A stretch of DNA of 64,000 bases from Candidatus Gottesmanbacteria bacterium UBA5942 (GCA_002430725.1 DJCU01000001.1:9639-73638), one strand, 5' to 3'; numbered from the stretch's first letter, positions 18,298-29,726 are shown. The notes: generated from the sequence alone by a model not told the origin. Made by a program: numbers and translations.

Positions 18298-19785
18298 TTA
18301 GCCTGTAGTGAACGCTATTATACCATCTTGGAGCATAAAATCAACTTTTTTATCCAAAAATATACCGCACTCCCCTCCCACTTCCACCTTGGTCACTTCG
18401 TTCTTTCCCTGTCGCACCGACTTAATCCGTGCGGTACCGATAACCTCTTCTCCGCGGACAATGCGTACGGTATCGCCTTTGGCGAGTCTACCTGAAGCTA
18501 CTTTTGTACCTAAAATACGCTCTTTCTCGTAGGGAAACTCAGCGATGATAACTCCATTACCCAATTCACGCTCCCGAACCAGTAAGTCAGCCATACCAGC
18601 AACGACATCCTCCATCTCATCCAGAAGCTCATAGATAATAGAATAAAGCCGATAAATAACCTTTTCGTGGGTGGCAAGCTTGTCTACTCCATGACCCGCT
18701 TTTACATTAAATCCAACGACAACCGCGCCTGTTGCCCGAGCTTCAAGAATATCAGCCTCGGTAATGTCGCCAAGCGATCCACGCACAACATCTATTTCTC
18801 CTTTTGGCAATGCTTCCAATACCGCTTCGAGCGAACCTGCGGTGTCGGCCTTGATAAGAAGCTTGAGACGCTTTTTGTCAGCCTCGGTCATAGCAGCGAG
18901 AAAATCAGCCACGTTTGCTGCTTTTGTCGGCTCACTACTCACTTTTTGTACTACTGTACCTGGCTCACTAGAAAGCATCGCCCCCACCGAAGGAAGAGTC
19001 GAAAATCCCAATACCTCAACCGGTTTCCCAGGTGCCGCGCTCGCCACTTGCTTACCGTTTTCATCAACCATCGCCCGCACTTTACCGAGTAATTTTTCTT
19101 CCTCATAAAGTGGCGTAGATACAGTAAGCGTGCCTGATTTTATCAAAAGCGTTGCCACCTGGCCTCGAAATTTATCAACTTTTGCCTCGATAACGACAGC
19201 GCTCACTGTGCCTGATGGCTCATTTGCCAATCCTTTCATATCCGAAACGAGTAAAATAAGCTCAAGCAAGTCATCTACCCCTTTTCCTTCTTTTGCAGAT
19301 ACCAATACAAATGGCACATCGCCACCATAGCCTTCGACCTGTACTTCGTATTTGGCTAAATCAGACTTTACTTTGTCGATAATGACACCTTCTATATCAA
19401 TTTTGTTGATCGCAACAATCATGGGGATGCCGGCAGCATGAATTTGCCTGATAGATTCAATTGTCTGCGGTTTCACGCTATCATTTGCGGCAACGACCAA
19501 AATGGCAATATCGGCAGCGCTGGCGCCACGCGAACGGATTTTACTGAATGCTTCGTGTCCTGGGGTGTCGATAAACGTAATTTTTCGATCCTCTTTTGAT
19601 TTGGTTGTTATATCTATCTGATATGCACCGATATGCTGTGTAATACCCCCATGTTCCCGGGCTGCAACTGTCGTTTTTCGAATGGTATCGAGTAAGGTGG
19701 TTTTACCGTGGTCAACGTGACCCAAAACTGCCACCACTGGTGGCCGAGAAGACACAGAAGTAACTGGTGAACTTTTTTTTGCCAT
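18298..19785 (-). CDS. infB: Translation initiation factor IF-2 (short form)
   Basis: [42 protein letters not shown]. Confidence 0.97.
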   Translation of the reverse strand: MAKKSSPVTSVSSRPPVVAVLGHVDHGKTTLLDTIRKTTVAAREHGGITQHIGAYQIDITTKSKEDRKITFIDTPGHEAFSKIRSRGASAADIAILVVAANDSVKPQTIESIRQIHAAGIPMIVAINKIDIEGVIIDKVKSDLAKYEVQVEGYGGDVPFVLVSAKEGKGVDDLLELILLVSDMKGLANEPSGTVSAVVIEAKVDKFRGQVATLLIKSGTLTVSTPLYEEEKLLGKVRAMVDENGKQVASAAPGKPVEVLGFSTLPSVGAMLSSEPGTVVQKVSSEPTKAANVADFLAAMTEADKKRLKLLIKADTAGSLEAVLEALPKGEIDVVRGSLGDITEADILEARATGAVVVGFNVKAGHGVDKLATHEKVIYRLYSIIYELLDEMEDVVAGMADLLVRERELGNGVIIAEFPYEKERILGTKVASGRLAKGDTVRIVRGEEVIGTARIKSVRQGKNEVTKVEVGGECGIFLDKKVDFMLQDGIIAFTTG

Positions 19786-19814
19786 ACTGTATAAAACCCA
19801 GTGCTCGTCTCATA

Positions 19815-20987
19815 CTAGCTTTCCTTGGTATCAGTTGAGGCTTGTACTGGCTCTGTTGTTGTGGACTCGCTTGGCGCTACTTCCGGCGCTTCCTCTGCGG
19901 CTGCTGCATCTGCAACCACTTCTTTCGCTACTTCAGGCGCAAGTTCAGGTGCTTCAGCTGGCGCTTCTTCAGCTACCGACTTCTCTTCTGTAGCTGCAGT
20001 TTCCCCTTGTGACGACTCTTCGGCAACGGGTACTGACCCGCCTTTTCCTTTAATATCAATTTTCCAACCAGTGAGTTTGGCTGCCAATCGAACATTGCCA
20101 CCATCCCTTCCGATAGCTAATGACAATTGATCGTCAGGCACCAACACAGACGCAACCTGTTTTTTCTCATCCAATGTTACTTCCATGTCTTTTGCAGGCG
20201 CTAAACTCGCCATAATAAATTGCTTCATGTCATCTGACCACTGAATAATGTCGACTTTTTCATTACCACCAAGCTCGTTTATGACTGCCTGTACGCGGAC
20301 ACCTTTTTGACCGACACATGAACCTACCGGGTCTACTCCAGGAGCAGTCGAATACACAGCAACCTTTGTTCTGTTTCCTGCTTCACGTGCGACAACACGA
20401 AGCTCGACTGATTTTTGTGCTACTTCAGGGACTTCTCGGGCAAATAAGCCTTCGACCAGTCCTTTGTGGGCACGAGAAACGATGATCTCATTGCCACGCA
20501 TAGTTTCGCGAATTCCCTCTATATAAAAAGTAAGGCGTTGATTGAGATAATATCGCTCAGCAGGATTTTGTTCCTGATTTGGCATGACCGCCTGAGTACG
20601 ACCGATATCGACAATGACATTTGGCCCATCAAACCGTAGGATCATCCCCGGTGCAATACCACCAACTTTTCCTTGGTAATCAGACAACACCGCCTGTTTT
20701 TCGGCTTCACGAATACGCTGAAGGATAACTTGTTTTGCAGTTTGAGCGGCAATCCGACCAAATCCTGGAGGGGTAACATCTTTTCCATCTTGGAGCACTC
20801 TCGCTTCACCGGTATCAGAGTTAAGGTCTACAGTAAGGGTAATAAGATCATCAGTACCATAATCCTTGCGATATGCGGCAAGAATAGCAGCTCTGATTGT
20901 TTCCATGACTACATTGGGGTCTATACCCCGTTCGGTAGCGACTTGGTTTAACGCTAATGAAAATTCTGATCGAACAACTGCTGGCAT
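19815..20987 (-). CDS. nusA: Transcription termination/antitermination factor NusA
   Basis: FGRIAAQTAKQVI, AREAGNRTKVAV, DPVGSCVG, SLAIGRDGGNVRLAAKLTGWKIDI; acidic Ala/Glu tail. Confidence 0.97.
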   Translation of the reverse strand: MPAVVRSEFSLALNQVATERGIDPNVVMETIRAAILAAYRKDYGTDDLITLTVDLNSDTGEARVLQDGKDVTPPGFGRIAAQTAKQVILQRIREAEKQAVLSDYQGKVGGIAPGMILRFDGPNVIVDIGRTQAVMPNQEQNPAERYYLNQRLTFYIEGIRETMRGNEIIVSRAHKGLVEGLFAREVPEVAQKSVELRVVAREAGNRTKVAVYSTAPGVDPVGSCVGQKGVRVQAVINELGGNEKVDIIQWSDDMKQFIMASLAPAKDMEVTLDEKKQVASVLVPDDQLSLAIGRDGGNVRLAAKLTGWKIDIKGKGGSVPVAEESSQGETAATEEKSVAEEAPAEAPELAPEVAKEVVADAAAAEEAPEVAPSESTTTEPVQASTDTKES

Positions 20988-21007
20988 GGTTTTCTCCTTA
21001 TGTTAGT

Positions 21008-21032
21008 AAAAAAGGCGGGTCACCCCACCTTT
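21008..21032 (-). terminator. Leader terminator (rimP-leader-like attenuator) upstream of nusA
   Basis: AAAGGTGGG-GTGA-CCCGCC-TTTTTT between the promoter and the nusA SD (AAGGAG). Confidence 0.75.
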
Positions 21033-21054
21033 ATCTCTTCAATTCTTACTCCCT

Positions 21055-21083
21055 ATTATAGAGCCTCACAGCTTATGCGTCAA
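21055..21083 (-). promoter_or_regulatory. Sigma70 promoter of the nusA-infB operon
   Basis: TTGACG (21083-21078), 17 nt spacer, TATAAT (21060-21055). Confidence 0.8.
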
Positions 21084-21087
21084 TTCC

Positions 21088-21987
21088 TTATAGTTTCCCC
21101 TCCTCCAACTCCTCAAGAAGCTCTTTTTGACGTTTGGAAAGATGGGTAGGAACTTTGAGCTGAATTTTGACGTATTGGTCACCTCTGCCATTACCCCGAA
21201 CGTGCGGCACTCCTTTACCGCGGAGGCGAATAAGCGTGCCTGGCTGAGTACCGGGTTGGATACGAATACTTACCGGTTCATCTACAGTTTGTACATCCAA
21301 CACTCCTCCTAAGGCAGCCATCGAAAACGGGATTTGCTGCTCCAAAACAATATCATCACCTTCTCGATGAAATTTTTTATCAGGGCGTACTGCTATGACA
21401 AGATCAAACTCATCAAAGCGTATGCGGCTTCCTGTGTCGACACCTGCCGGAATTTTTATCGTTTTCCGTACTGACCCATGCCCTGCTCCTCCCGCTGGCA
21501 CATGTATCTCACGAGTCACACCCTTGACGGCATCCATAAAATCTATAGCAATTTCATACGAAGGGTGTGGTCGTCTCCCTCTTCCTTGTGAAAATCCACC
21601 GCCAAAAAACTGCTCAAATATCTCAAATGGGTCTAAATCTCCGCCAAAACCACCAAAGGGATTACCTCCCTGACCGCCAGACGTAGAATAATAATATTGG
21701 AACGGCCCTTGTCCAAATCCACCGCCACCAAACGGTCCTTGTCCTGAAGCTCCCGCTCCCGGCTGAAACGCGGCATGACCAAACTGATCATACGTTTCTT
21801 TCTTTTTGGCGTCAGAAAGCACTGAGTATGCTTCGTTAATTTCTTTAAATTTTTCGTTGGCGTTTGCCGCTTTGTTCCTATCTGGATGCCACTCCAACGC
21901 GAGCTTCCGGTATGCAGATTTTATTTCCTGCGCGGATGCTGATTTTGACACTCCCAACACTTCATAAAAATCACGTTTTGTTGCCAT
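21088..21987 (-). CDS. dnaJ: Chaperone DnaJ (no zinc finger)
   Basis: [16 protein letters not shown]-rich region, C-terminal domain; no CxxCxGxG repeats. Confidence 0.92.
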   Translation of the reverse strand: MATKRDFYEVLGVSKSASAQEIKSAYRKLALEWHPDRNKAANANEKFKEINEAYSVLSDAKKKETYDQFGHAAFQPGAGASGQGPFGGGGFGQGPFQYYYSTSGGQGGNPFGGFGGDLDPFEIFEQFFGGGFSQGRGRRPHPSYEIAIDFMDAVKGVTREIHVPAGGAGHGSVRKTIKIPAGVDTGSRIRFDEFDLVIAVRPDKKFHREGDDIVLEQQIPFSMAALGGVLDVQTVDEPVSIRIQPGTQPGTLIRLRGKGVPHVRGNGRGDQYVKIQLKVPTHLSKRQKELLEELEEGKL

Positions 21988-22057
21988 AGAACTGTGTATA
22001 TTATAAACAATTGAGCGCGCCTTCGCGCGCCCAATACTCATATAGCACTGTAATCAA

Positions 22058-22255
22058 TTAGCTACTCTGGCGACGACTTCTCATCTGAGCTGTTACCCGC
22101 CTGACAAGTTCATCAAAAGGACGGCTTAGCGCATCAATCAGAGCTTTATGCTTACGCTCTCCTTTATCTATCAACACTACTTCGCCGCCACCACCCTTTC
22201 GCGCATATCTCCGTTCGCGAATTCTCCTTCTCTGGCGCTCAGCTAATTCGTTCAT
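22058..22255 (-). CDS. Small Arg-rich hypothetical protein
   Basis: 65 aa ORF filling the dnaK-dnaJ gap, preceded by GGGTGGT, 9 nt after the dnaK stop. Confidence 0.5.
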   Translation of the reverse strand: MNELAERQRRRIRERRYARKGGGGEVVLIDKGERKHKALIDALSRPFDELVRRVTAQMRSRRQSS

Positions 22256-22264
22256 ACCACCCTA

Positions 22265-24181
22265 TCAGCTTACCACTTCCCCTTCTTCAGCTTTTGCTTT
22301 ATCGTCCGGCTTTTTCTCACCGTTTTCTGCCTTCTGCTCATCTCCTGCCCCAGTTGCTCCCGAAGCGTCTCCCGGTGTTCCTTGAGGAGGCTGTTGATAC
22401 ATCGCCGCCCCTACTTTTTGGACAACATCGGAAAGCTCACTTGTCTTAGTCTCCAAATCTTCTTTCGAGCCGGTTTCCAATATTTCTTTAAGCGCCTTCA
22501 CTTTTTCTTCAATCGCAGACTTGTCCTCCGGTTTGGCTTTATCCCCTGCGTCTTTCACGGTTTTTTCAGCAAGGTAGATCATGTTATCTGCCTTGTTGCG
22601 GGCCTCAATCTTTTCCTTCTTTTCCGTATCAGCAGCAGCATTGGCCTCTGCTTCCTGGCGCATTTTCTCTACTTCTTCTTTAGATAACCCCGTAGAGCCG
22701 GTAATTTTTATCGAGCTCACTTTTCCGCTCGCTTTATCTTTGGCGGACACCGAAAGAATACCGCTCGCGTCTATATCAAAGGTCACCTCAACCTGCGGAG
22801 TCCCCCGTGGTGCCGGTGGAATTCCGGATAAGACAAACCGCCCGAGCGATTTATTATCCGCTGCCATTGGGCGCTCCCCCTGCAACACATTAATTTCGAC
22901 AGACGTCTGGTTATCAGCCGCTGTTGAGTAAATCTCCGTTTTAGAAGTCGGCACCGTTGTGTTTCGCGCAATCATCGGAGTCGAAACACCTCCAAGCGTT
23001 TCTACACTCAGAGTTAGCGGGGTCACGTCCAGTAGTACAACATCCTTCACATCTCCGGAGAGCACTCCGGCTTGTACTGCCGCACCGATAGCTACCACTT
23101 CATCTGGGTTTACAGACACATTTGGCTCTTTGCCAAAAAATTCTTTCACTACTTCAATGACTTTTGGCATGCGAGTCATACCACCCACCATAACCACTTC
23201 ATTGATATCCGATACTTTAAGCTTGGCATCGGCTAAACATTTTTTGACAGGCTCAATCGACTTCTGGATAAGGTCAAGTACAATTGACTCAAGCTTTGCT
23301 CGAGTAATTTTGACAACCAGATGAAGCGGGCCATCTTTACCCTGAGTAATAAAGGGTAAATTCACCTCTGCTTCCATGGCACTGGAAAGCTCAATCTTTG
23401 CCTTCTCAGCAGCATCACGTAGACGCTGCAATGCTTGATTATCTTTCCGTAGATCAACGTTGTTTTCCTTTTTAAACTCATCGGCAAGGTAATCCAAAAT
23501 CTTTTTATCAAAATCGTCTCCTCCCAAATGAGTATCCCCATTGGTAGCTTTTACTTCGTACACTCCCTCGCCAAGCTCAAGAATAGAGATATCGAATGTT
23601 CCACCTCCCAAGTCATAGACTGCTATGGTGTGAACGTTTTTCTTATCCAATCCGTATGCGAGCGCTGCAGCGGTCGGCTCATTTAATATCCGGAGCACTT
23701 CTAGTCCTGCGATTTCTCCTGCTTGTTTCGTAGCTTGTCGTTCAGAATCATCAAAATATGCAGGAACCGTAATGACCGCTTGGGTCACTGGCTCTCCCAG
23801 ATATTTTTCAGCATCGGATTTGATTTTCGCCAAAATTTTGGCGGAAATTTCTTGTGGGGTGAAGGTTTTACCTTCCACTTCCACAACAGCCATATCGTTT
23901 TTCCCAGATTTGATGGTGTACGGAAGCCACTTCGCATCTGTCTGCACTGACGCATCAGAATATTTGCGACCAACAAGGCGCTTGACTGAAAACACAGTGG
24001 ATTTAGGTTTTAATACCGTTTGTCGCTTTGCAACGTCTCCAACGATATTCTTAATAGGATCAACGACCGATGGGATAACATTTCTTCCTTCAGCAGAATG
24101 AATAACCTTCGGAGATCCGCCCTCCATTACTGCAACACATGAATTTGTTGTTCCTAAATCAATACCAATTATTTTTGCCAT
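22265..24181 (-). CDS. dnaK: Chaperone DnaK
   Basis: [44 protein letters not shown]. Confidence 0.99.
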   Translation of the reverse strand: MAKIIGIDLGTTNSCVAVMEGGSPKVIHSAEGRNVIPSVVDPIKNIVGDVAKRQTVLKPKSTVFSVKRLVGRKYSDASVQTDAKWLPYTIKSGKNDMAVVEVEGKTFTPQEISAKILAKIKSDAEKYLGEPVTQAVITVPAYFDDSERQATKQAGEIAGLEVLRILNEPTAAALAYGLDKKNVHTIAVYDLGGGTFDISILELGEGVYEVKATNGDTHLGGDDFDKKILDYLADEFKKENNVDLRKDNQALQRLRDAAEKAKIELSSAMEAEVNLPFITQGKDGPLHLVVKITRAKLESIVLDLIQKSIEPVKKCLADAKLKVSDINEVVMVGGMTRMPKVIEVVKEFFGKEPNVSVNPDEVVAIGAAVQAGVLSGDVKDVVLLDVTPLTLSVETLGGVSTPMIARNTTVPTSKTEIYSTAADNQTSVEINVLQGERPMAADNKSLGRFVLSGIPPAPRGTPQVEVTFDIDASGILSVSAKDKASGKVSSIKITGSTGLSKEEVEKMRQEAEANAAADTEKKEKIEARNKADNMIYLAEKTVKDAGDKAKPEDKSAIEEKVKALKEILETGSKEDLETKTSELSDVVQKVGAAMYQQPPQGTPGDASGATGAGDEQKAENGEKKPDDKAKAEEGEVVS

Positions 24182-24207
24182 ATATTTCTCCTTTCTGAGA
24201 GATAAAA

Positions 24208-24684
24208 TTAATTACTTTTTGGCGCCGAAGTACCTACTTTTACCCGAGCAACCCTAAGAACCTTGTCGCGGAACCGATACCCTGGTACTACTTCTTCCAC
24301 GACTTCATTTTGCTTACCACTCACGACCTCAATACAATCCATTTCTTCAGGGTTAAACTCCTTACCAACCACTTCAATACGACTCACCCCTTGTTCTGCT
24401 AACACAGACAACAATTCTTTGTATGCCAAATCCAATCCCGGATCTTTTATGTGCTCCTGCACTTTGCTAAACGTATCCACCACCGGCAGCAATCGTGATA
24501 ACACCATTTCAGCAGCATACATACGCACATGAGACACTCGCTCATCACTTCGCTTCTCCAAGTTCTGATAGTCAGCAAGTGCCCGCAAATATTTTAATTT
24601 CCACTCATCAACTTCATTTTTTTGTTCCACTACCACATCTTCCATTTTTGTTTTTGGTTTTGGTTGATCTTGTGTTTTTTTCAT
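24208..24684 (-). CDS. grpE: Nucleotide exchange factor GrpE
   Basis: [36 protein letters not shown]. Confidence 0.95.
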   Translation of the reverse strand: MKKTQDQPKPKTKMEDVVVEQKNEVDEWKLKYLRALADYQNLEKRSDERVSHVRMYAAEMVLSRLLPVVDTFSKVQEHIKDPGLDLAYKELLSVLAEQGVSRIEVVGKEFNPEEMDCIEVVSGKQNEVVEEVVPGYRFRDKVLRVARVKVGTSAPKSN

Positions 24685-24693
24685 AATTCAAAT

Positions 24694-25419
24694 TTAGCTT
24701 GCAAATTCATCAATAAGATTTCCTAAATATCGGACTACGGGAATAACGGTCGGATAATTAAGTCGAGACGGCCCGATTACTCCGATTGCTCCAGTTACAT
24801 GCGATGTTTTAAATTTGTAATATACAAAGCCGCATTGTGTCAGCGCACCAGTCGATAGATCATCTCCAACTAAAATAGAAAATGGCGCATCGTGTAATTC
24901 CAACACTTTCCACCAAAAAGCGTATTCATCCAGCGTTCCCAACAATTCATGAGTGAGTTGATAATCATAAAACTCGGGCATGTCCAATATGTTTGCCGCT
25001 CCAGAATAATAGAGATCGCCTTCATTAGTCGCGGTAATTGCCAAGGTTTTCGTTTTTTCCGCCAGCGCTTTGGTTGCTTCACGCAATAATTTGTCTATTT
25101 CCTGACGATAACTCCACACTTTTTCCTTTACTGCCACCTCTTCGGCAACTGAAAGATCCTTAGGTTTCATGAGCTGCTCAACGTAGTACTTCATGGCAAC
25201 CGGTGTTGGTGTACGCCCGGCTGATGTGTGTGGTTGCTTTAACATCCCTATTTCAGTCAACCGCACCATTTCATTTCGAATAGTCGCAGGAGAAACACCT
25301 AAGTTATGTTTCTTTTCTAACGTCTCGCTTCCCACAGCCTCTGCTGTCATGATGTACTCATCGATGACCGCCTTCAAAATCTGTATTTGACGAGGAGTAA
25401 GATCGGTTACTGCGTCCAT
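24694..25419 (-). CDS. hrcA: Heat-inducible transcription repressor HrcA (short form)
   Basis: RQIQILKAVIDEYI, VSPATIRNEM, PHTSAGRTPT, IGVIGPSRLNY; start at 25419. Confidence 0.95.
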   Translation of the reverse strand: MDAVTDLTPRQIQILKAVIDEYIMTAEAVGSETLEKKHNLGVSPATIRNEMVRLTEIGMLKQPHTSAGRTPTPVAMKYYVEQLMKPKDLSVAEEVAVKEKVWSYRQEIDKLLREATKALAEKTKTLAITATNEGDLYYSGAANILDMPEFYDYQLTHELLGTLDEYAFWWKVLELHDAPFSILVGDDLSTGALTQCGFVYYKFKTSHVTGAIGVIGPSRLNYPTVIPVVRYLGNLIDEFAS

Positions 25420-25420
25420 A

Positions 25421-25457
25421 TTAGCACTAATATACATCGAGTGCTAACAGGTGTCAA
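25421..25457 (-). promoter_or_regulatory. CIRCE operator overlapping the hrcA promoter
   Basis: TTAGCACTA-N9-GAGTGCTAA at 25421-25447 (one mismatch to consensus); promoter TTGACA (25457-25452), 17 nt, TATATT (25434-25429). Confidence 0.92.
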
Positions 25458-25530
25458 GTGGGTTTAGACACCTTGTGTGACATCGCACTATTGCCATTAT
25501 CAGATCACTCCATCATAATGGATAATAGGC

Positions 25531-26574
25531 ATGAAACGAATTGTTATTATTGTAGTTTCCCTGATATTACTTTTAGCTATTCCCGCTTCGGTATTCCTTA
25601 CCATGCGAACACAGGAATTACGGAAAAAGGCTGCGCCCGCAACAACCCTTACTCTCACTCCAACAACTATTACCAAAGGAGTTGGTGAAGAATTCACCCT
25701 TGAAGCCCGCATGAACACTGGGGATAATCAAATCGTTGCGGTAGAACTTAATCTCACCTTTGACCCCACCAAGCTTCAGGCTGACTGGATTCACAATGGC
25801 ACAATGTTTCCAAATATTCTTTCTTCCGGCACCGTAGGGAACGGCACAGTATCCATCGCACTCGGAGCAACAAATACTACTACACCTATAACTGGTACGG
25901 GTACTGTCGCGACCATTAAATTCAAAACGCTAGCGCCAACGACAGCCCCAATCGCAGTTCGGTTTGCAGCGGACACTTTTGTCGGCGCGCTAAACGAAGG
26001 AAGTACCAACGCGCTTACAAGCTCAGTACCGGCAACAATTACGATTACCGGAGGCGGATCTACTGGCGTTACCCCGACAACAACTATCACAGCAGCGACT
26101 ACTCCAACGGTAACACTGACACCCACGCTCACCCCAACGTTGGGAGCATCAGACAGCGCAAGTCCATCAGCAGTAAGCATCGAAAGTCCATCACGGAATG
26201 AACGTGTTGAGACACTTCAACCAACAATCATCGGAAAAGCGCCACCCGGCTCAGTAGTCACCGTTACCGTTTATTCTGATCCCATCACCGTCACCGTTAC
26301 CGCAGACGCAAACGGTGATTGGTCGTATACCCTCACTGAACCGCTTGCGTCAGGGCCACACACGATCGTTGTCGCTGCACAAGATGCAGAAACAGGACAG
26401 TCCCACACTGCAACCCTCGCATTTGTTGTAGCAACTGATGGTGACAATGGTGCATCTGGAAGCGCTACCCCTGTTGCAGGCGCTGTAGAAAACACCATTG
26501 CACTTCTTGCATTAGGATTTATATTTATCGGTATGGGCGCTTTCATTCCTAAATTACGGAGGGTAGACCTATGA
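25531..26574 (+). CDS. Surface protein: cohesin-like domain, Thr-rich linker, Ig-like (Big) domain, C-terminal TM
   Basis: VGEEFTLE..VELNLTFDPTKLQ..GTVATIKFK (cohesin-like); ADANGDWSYT..LASGPHTIVV (Big-like); TPVAG + TM + KLRR. Confidence 0.78.
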   Translation: MKRIVIIVVSLILLLAIPASVFLTMRTQELRKKAAPATTLTLTPTTITKGVGEEFTLEARMNTGDNQIVAVELNLTFDPTKLQADWIHNGTMFPNILSSGTVGNGTVSIALGATNTTTPITGTGTVATIKFKTLAPTTAPIAVRFAADTFVGALNEGSTNALTSSVPATITITGGGSTGVTPTTTITAATTPTVTLTPTLTPTLGASDSASPSAVSIESPSRNERVETLQPTIIGKAPPGSVVTVTVYSDPITVTVTADANGDWSYTLTEPLASGPHTIVVAAQDAETGQSHTATLAFVVATDGDNGASGSATPVAGAVENTIALLALGFIFIGMGAFIPKLRRVDL

Positions 26575-27974
26575 GTCTCATCATGCGACAAGCCTCTGGT
26601 CGAACAACATCCATCATTTCATTTTTAGGTCTTATCGTATTCTTACCATTATTTATTATGGCAGTCGGCCAAACGATTACCCTGCTCTCGCGTGCATCGG
26701 GGAAACCAGCAGATATCACTGTCGACACGAAATCTCGTCTAGAGACCATAAACACAGACTTCTATCACGCGTTTGCGCAAGGGGGTGAAGAATCGAATGA
26801 CATGATCGCCTCGATTACTGCAGATACCCGAGCGCTCAAGCCAAAGCTTATACGACTCGACCATCTCTATGATCATTATGATGTCGTAGGGAGAGATGGA
26901 AGTGGACTCACATTTAACTGGTCGAAACTCGATGAAGTAGTAAACACAGTAATCGCAACGGGTGCCCGACCGGTATTAGCACTTTCTTATATGCCGGGTG
27001 TTATCGCACAAGACGGCAATATCATTAACCCCCCAAACGACTGGAATGAATGGGCGCTCGTCGTACAGCGCACTATCGAGCATTATAGTGGTAAAAGTGG
27101 ACGCAACTTAAATGGTGTGTATTACGAGGTATGGAATGAGCCTGATCTGGCACAATTCGGTTCATGGAAAATGGGCGGAGAAAAAAGCTATCTCACACTT
27201 TATCGATATGCAGCAATTGGCGCAAATAACGCTCAAAATGTAAACACATTTTATCTTGGTGGCCCATCAACAACAGGTCTTTACAAAAACTGGATCATAG
27301 GACTTGTTGAGTCAGGAAATAGAGTAAATTTCTTATCATGGCACACGTATCTTTCCGACCCTGAACGATTTGCAACCGATCAACGCAACATTATCCAATG
27401 GCTACTTCCCTATCCCAATTACACACTGCTCCCTAAACTTATCACCGAGTTCGGGTTTACAGGAAGCAAGAGTATTGGGTATGGCGGCAACTACGGCGCC
27501 GCTCATACAGCTGCGGTTATCCGACAGCTTATATCCGGCGGGCCTACCTATATTTTTAGTTTCCAGCTCAAAGACGGGCCAGGTCAGACAGATGGATCTG
27601 GCTGGGGACTTATTACCCACGATGATAATGGACTCAAGAAAAAACCACGATATTACGTCTATAATTTTCTCGATACCATGGCAGGTACTCGATTACTGCT
27701 TACTGGAGAAGGCTCATGGGTTACCGGGTTTGCTACTGTCAGGGATGATGTTATTCGGGTGATGCTCGTGAATTTTGATGCAAACGGAAGTCATAGTGAA
27801 CAAACGCCCGTAAAGTTTACCAACCTCGAAGTTGGTTCGTACACGCTTCGCACTCGGTTTATGCTTGGACGCGATACCAGCACAACGTTCGAAGCACAAG
27901 ACAGCACAATCGCTACAGATATCTTTATGCCAGCCCAGAGCATCGCGATACTGGAGCTTACGAAACAACCATAA
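26571..27974 (+). CDS. Membrane-anchored GH39-family glycoside hydrolase
   Basis: FNWSKLD, YYEVWNEPD (acid/base), LSWHTY, LITEFG (nucleophile), C-terminal beta-sandwich. Confidence 0.85.
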   Translation: MSLIMRQASGRTTSIISFLGLIVFLPLFIMAVGQTITLLSRASGKPADITVDTKSRLETINTDFYHAFAQGGEESNDMIASITADTRALKPKLIRLDHLYDHYDVVGRDGSGLTFNWSKLDEVVNTVIATGARPVLALSYMPGVIAQDGNIINPPNDWNEWALVVQRTIEHYSGKSGRNLNGVYYEVWNEPDLAQFGSWKMGGEKSYLTLYRYAAIGANNAQNVNTFYLGGPSTTGLYKNWIIGLVESGNRVNFLSWHTYLSDPERFATDQRNIIQWLLPYPNYTLLPKLITEFGFTGSKSIGYGGNYGAAHTAAVIRQLISGGPTYIFSFQLKDGPGQTDGSGWGLITHDDNGLKKKPRYYVYNFLDTMAGTRLLLTGEGSWVTGFATVRDDVIRVMLVNFDANGSHSEQTPVKFTNLEVGSYTLRTRFMLGRDTSTTFEAQDSTIATDIFMPAQSIAILELTKQP

Positions 27975-28008
27975 TACAGAGGAAATTTCAGACCTGAAGA
28001 TATACCAC

Positions 28009-29661
28009 TTAGGTTAGTTTGTCCGACACCCCACCATTTACTACTTCCTGTGCCGGCTCTAAGAAAAAGCCTCGGAAGGCTTGAATTTTTCGTGTCGCCT
28101 TAATCACAGAATATACTTGAGTTACTCCCAACACCCACGAAAGGAAAAAGTACGTCATAATCCCTAAGCCCGCGCTCACTCCGGTTAAAAACAACAGTCC
28201 GAACGTGCGGGTAGTATCAAATACGAGCTGATCGAGTAACTTAAGCGGCACATAGAGTGCGGCACCGGTCACCACCGCGGCAACTCCCATTTTGATAGCC
28301 GGTATTATAAGTACTGGTGATATAACCCCGTTCATTTTCTTGTTAAGAAAATAAAGTAACGCCCCTGCATTTATAATGCTTGCAATAGATGTTGATAATC
28401 CCAACGACCACACCGGCAAATGAAATACTAAGATAAATAACGTGCTTAATACTGAATTGAGAATAACCGTCACTACCCCCACACTCACGGGTGTTTTACT
28501 GTCATATAACGCATAAAATCCTCGCGCAAGGATATGAATAAGTGCTTGCGCAAATAACGATACGCTAAACGCGGAAAGTGTCATACCGGTATCTACGGTA
28601 GCTGCCCAATCAAAACGGGAAGCGCCAAAAACCAAACGAACGACAGGAATACGAAGCACCATAAACAACACCGATGCGGGCAATACCCAAAACAATATTT
28701 GATGAATAGCTGCGTGAATTGTGGCAATAAATTCTTCTTTTTTATCTTTCGCGGCAAATTGCGAAAGTGATGGGAGAGCGGCTTGTGCGATAGTCGTACC
28801 AAAAAGACCGACCGGTAATTGTTGTAAGTGCTGCGCAAAATTAAAGATTGTGACCATCCGAGCTCCCAATAAACTAGCGAGCATAAGGTCTACGGTAATA
28901 TCAATTTGTGCGACCGCCAGCCCCAGTGTTCTTGGCCCCATGAGCCTCCCCACTTCTTTCACCCCCGGCAACTTAGGATCTATATCCAAGGTATGTCGAT
29001 ACCCAAGTCGGATAACTAATGGAATTTGAATGAGAGCAAATAGCAGCGCACCGATAGCTACTCCCACTATTGGCCCCCATAATCCCCAGAGAGAAGAAAG
29101 CGCGACCGTCCCTATAATAATGCCGACATTGTAAAACACCGGTGCCGCAGCGGGAACCAAAAAGAGGCTGTGCGACTGGAGTATGCCAGTTAACACATTC
29201 CCGATTAGTAACGGACCAACCTGGAAAAGTAATATAAATCGAGTGTATGCGCTCATTTGCGCAATCTGCGCTTCATCAAATCCAGGTGCAAGCAGACGTG
29301 AAATTGCGGGCGCTGCAATAAATAATGGTATAGCCACGATCGCCAATATAATAACGCTCAAATTGATAAGCACAGTCGCGAGACGCTCGGCATCTCGTTC
29401 ACGATTGTCTGCCAAATACTTCGTATAGACAGGAATAAACGCTGCGGTGAGCGCGCCCATAACCAACAACTCGAAAATAACATTCGGGATACGAAATGCG
29501 GCAAAATACACACCCAATTCTTCGGGCGCAAAATATGAAGAAAGCAAGCGATCACGAACAAGCCCCAACACTCGAGAAACGAGAACCATGAGTGCTAATA
29601 CACCTGCGGCTGAGCCAATTGTCGTTTGTTTTTTACTCGCCAACGCCCAAAATCGCTTCAT
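28009..29661 (-). CDS. murJ: Lipid II flippase MurJ
   Basis: SRVLGLVRD, AFRIPN, GALTAAFIPV, QLPVGLFG, ARGFYALYDSKTP. Confidence 0.95.
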   Translation of the reverse strand: MKRFWALASKKQTTIGSAAGVLALMVLVSRVLGLVRDRLLSSYFAPEELGVYFAAFRIPNVIFELLVMGALTAAFIPVYTKYLADNRERDAERLATVLINLSVIILAIVAIPLFIAAPAISRLLAPGFDEAQIAQMSAYTRFILLFQVGPLLIGNVLTGILQSHSLFLVPAAAPVFYNVGIIIGTVALSSLWGLWGPIVGVAIGALLFALIQIPLVIRLGYRHTLDIDPKLPGVKEVGRLMGPRTLGLAVAQIDITVDLMLASLLGARMVTIFNFAQHLQQLPVGLFGTTIAQAALPSLSQFAAKDKKEEFIATIHAAIHQILFWVLPASVLFMVLRIPVVRLVFGASRFDWAATVDTGMTLSAFSVSLFAQALIHILARGFYALYDSKTPVSVGVVTVILNSVLSTLFILVFHLPVWSLGLSTSIASIINAGALLYFLNKKMNGVISPVLIIPAIKMGVAAVVTGAALYVPLKLLDQLVFDTTRTFGLLFLTGVSAGLGIMTYFFLSWVLGVTQVYSVIKATRKIQAFRGFFLEPAQEVVNGGVSDKLT

Positions 29662-29726
29662 AACTTCCCTATTATAGATCAGAGGTATCTTGACCCACCA
29701 GCACCAAGTGCGTTATACTTCCACCC

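Noticed and set aside
21088-21987. DnaJ lacking the zinc finger as a possible pseudogene
   Set aside because: Continuous ORF with intact J, G/F and C-terminal domains; class II J-proteins are well known.
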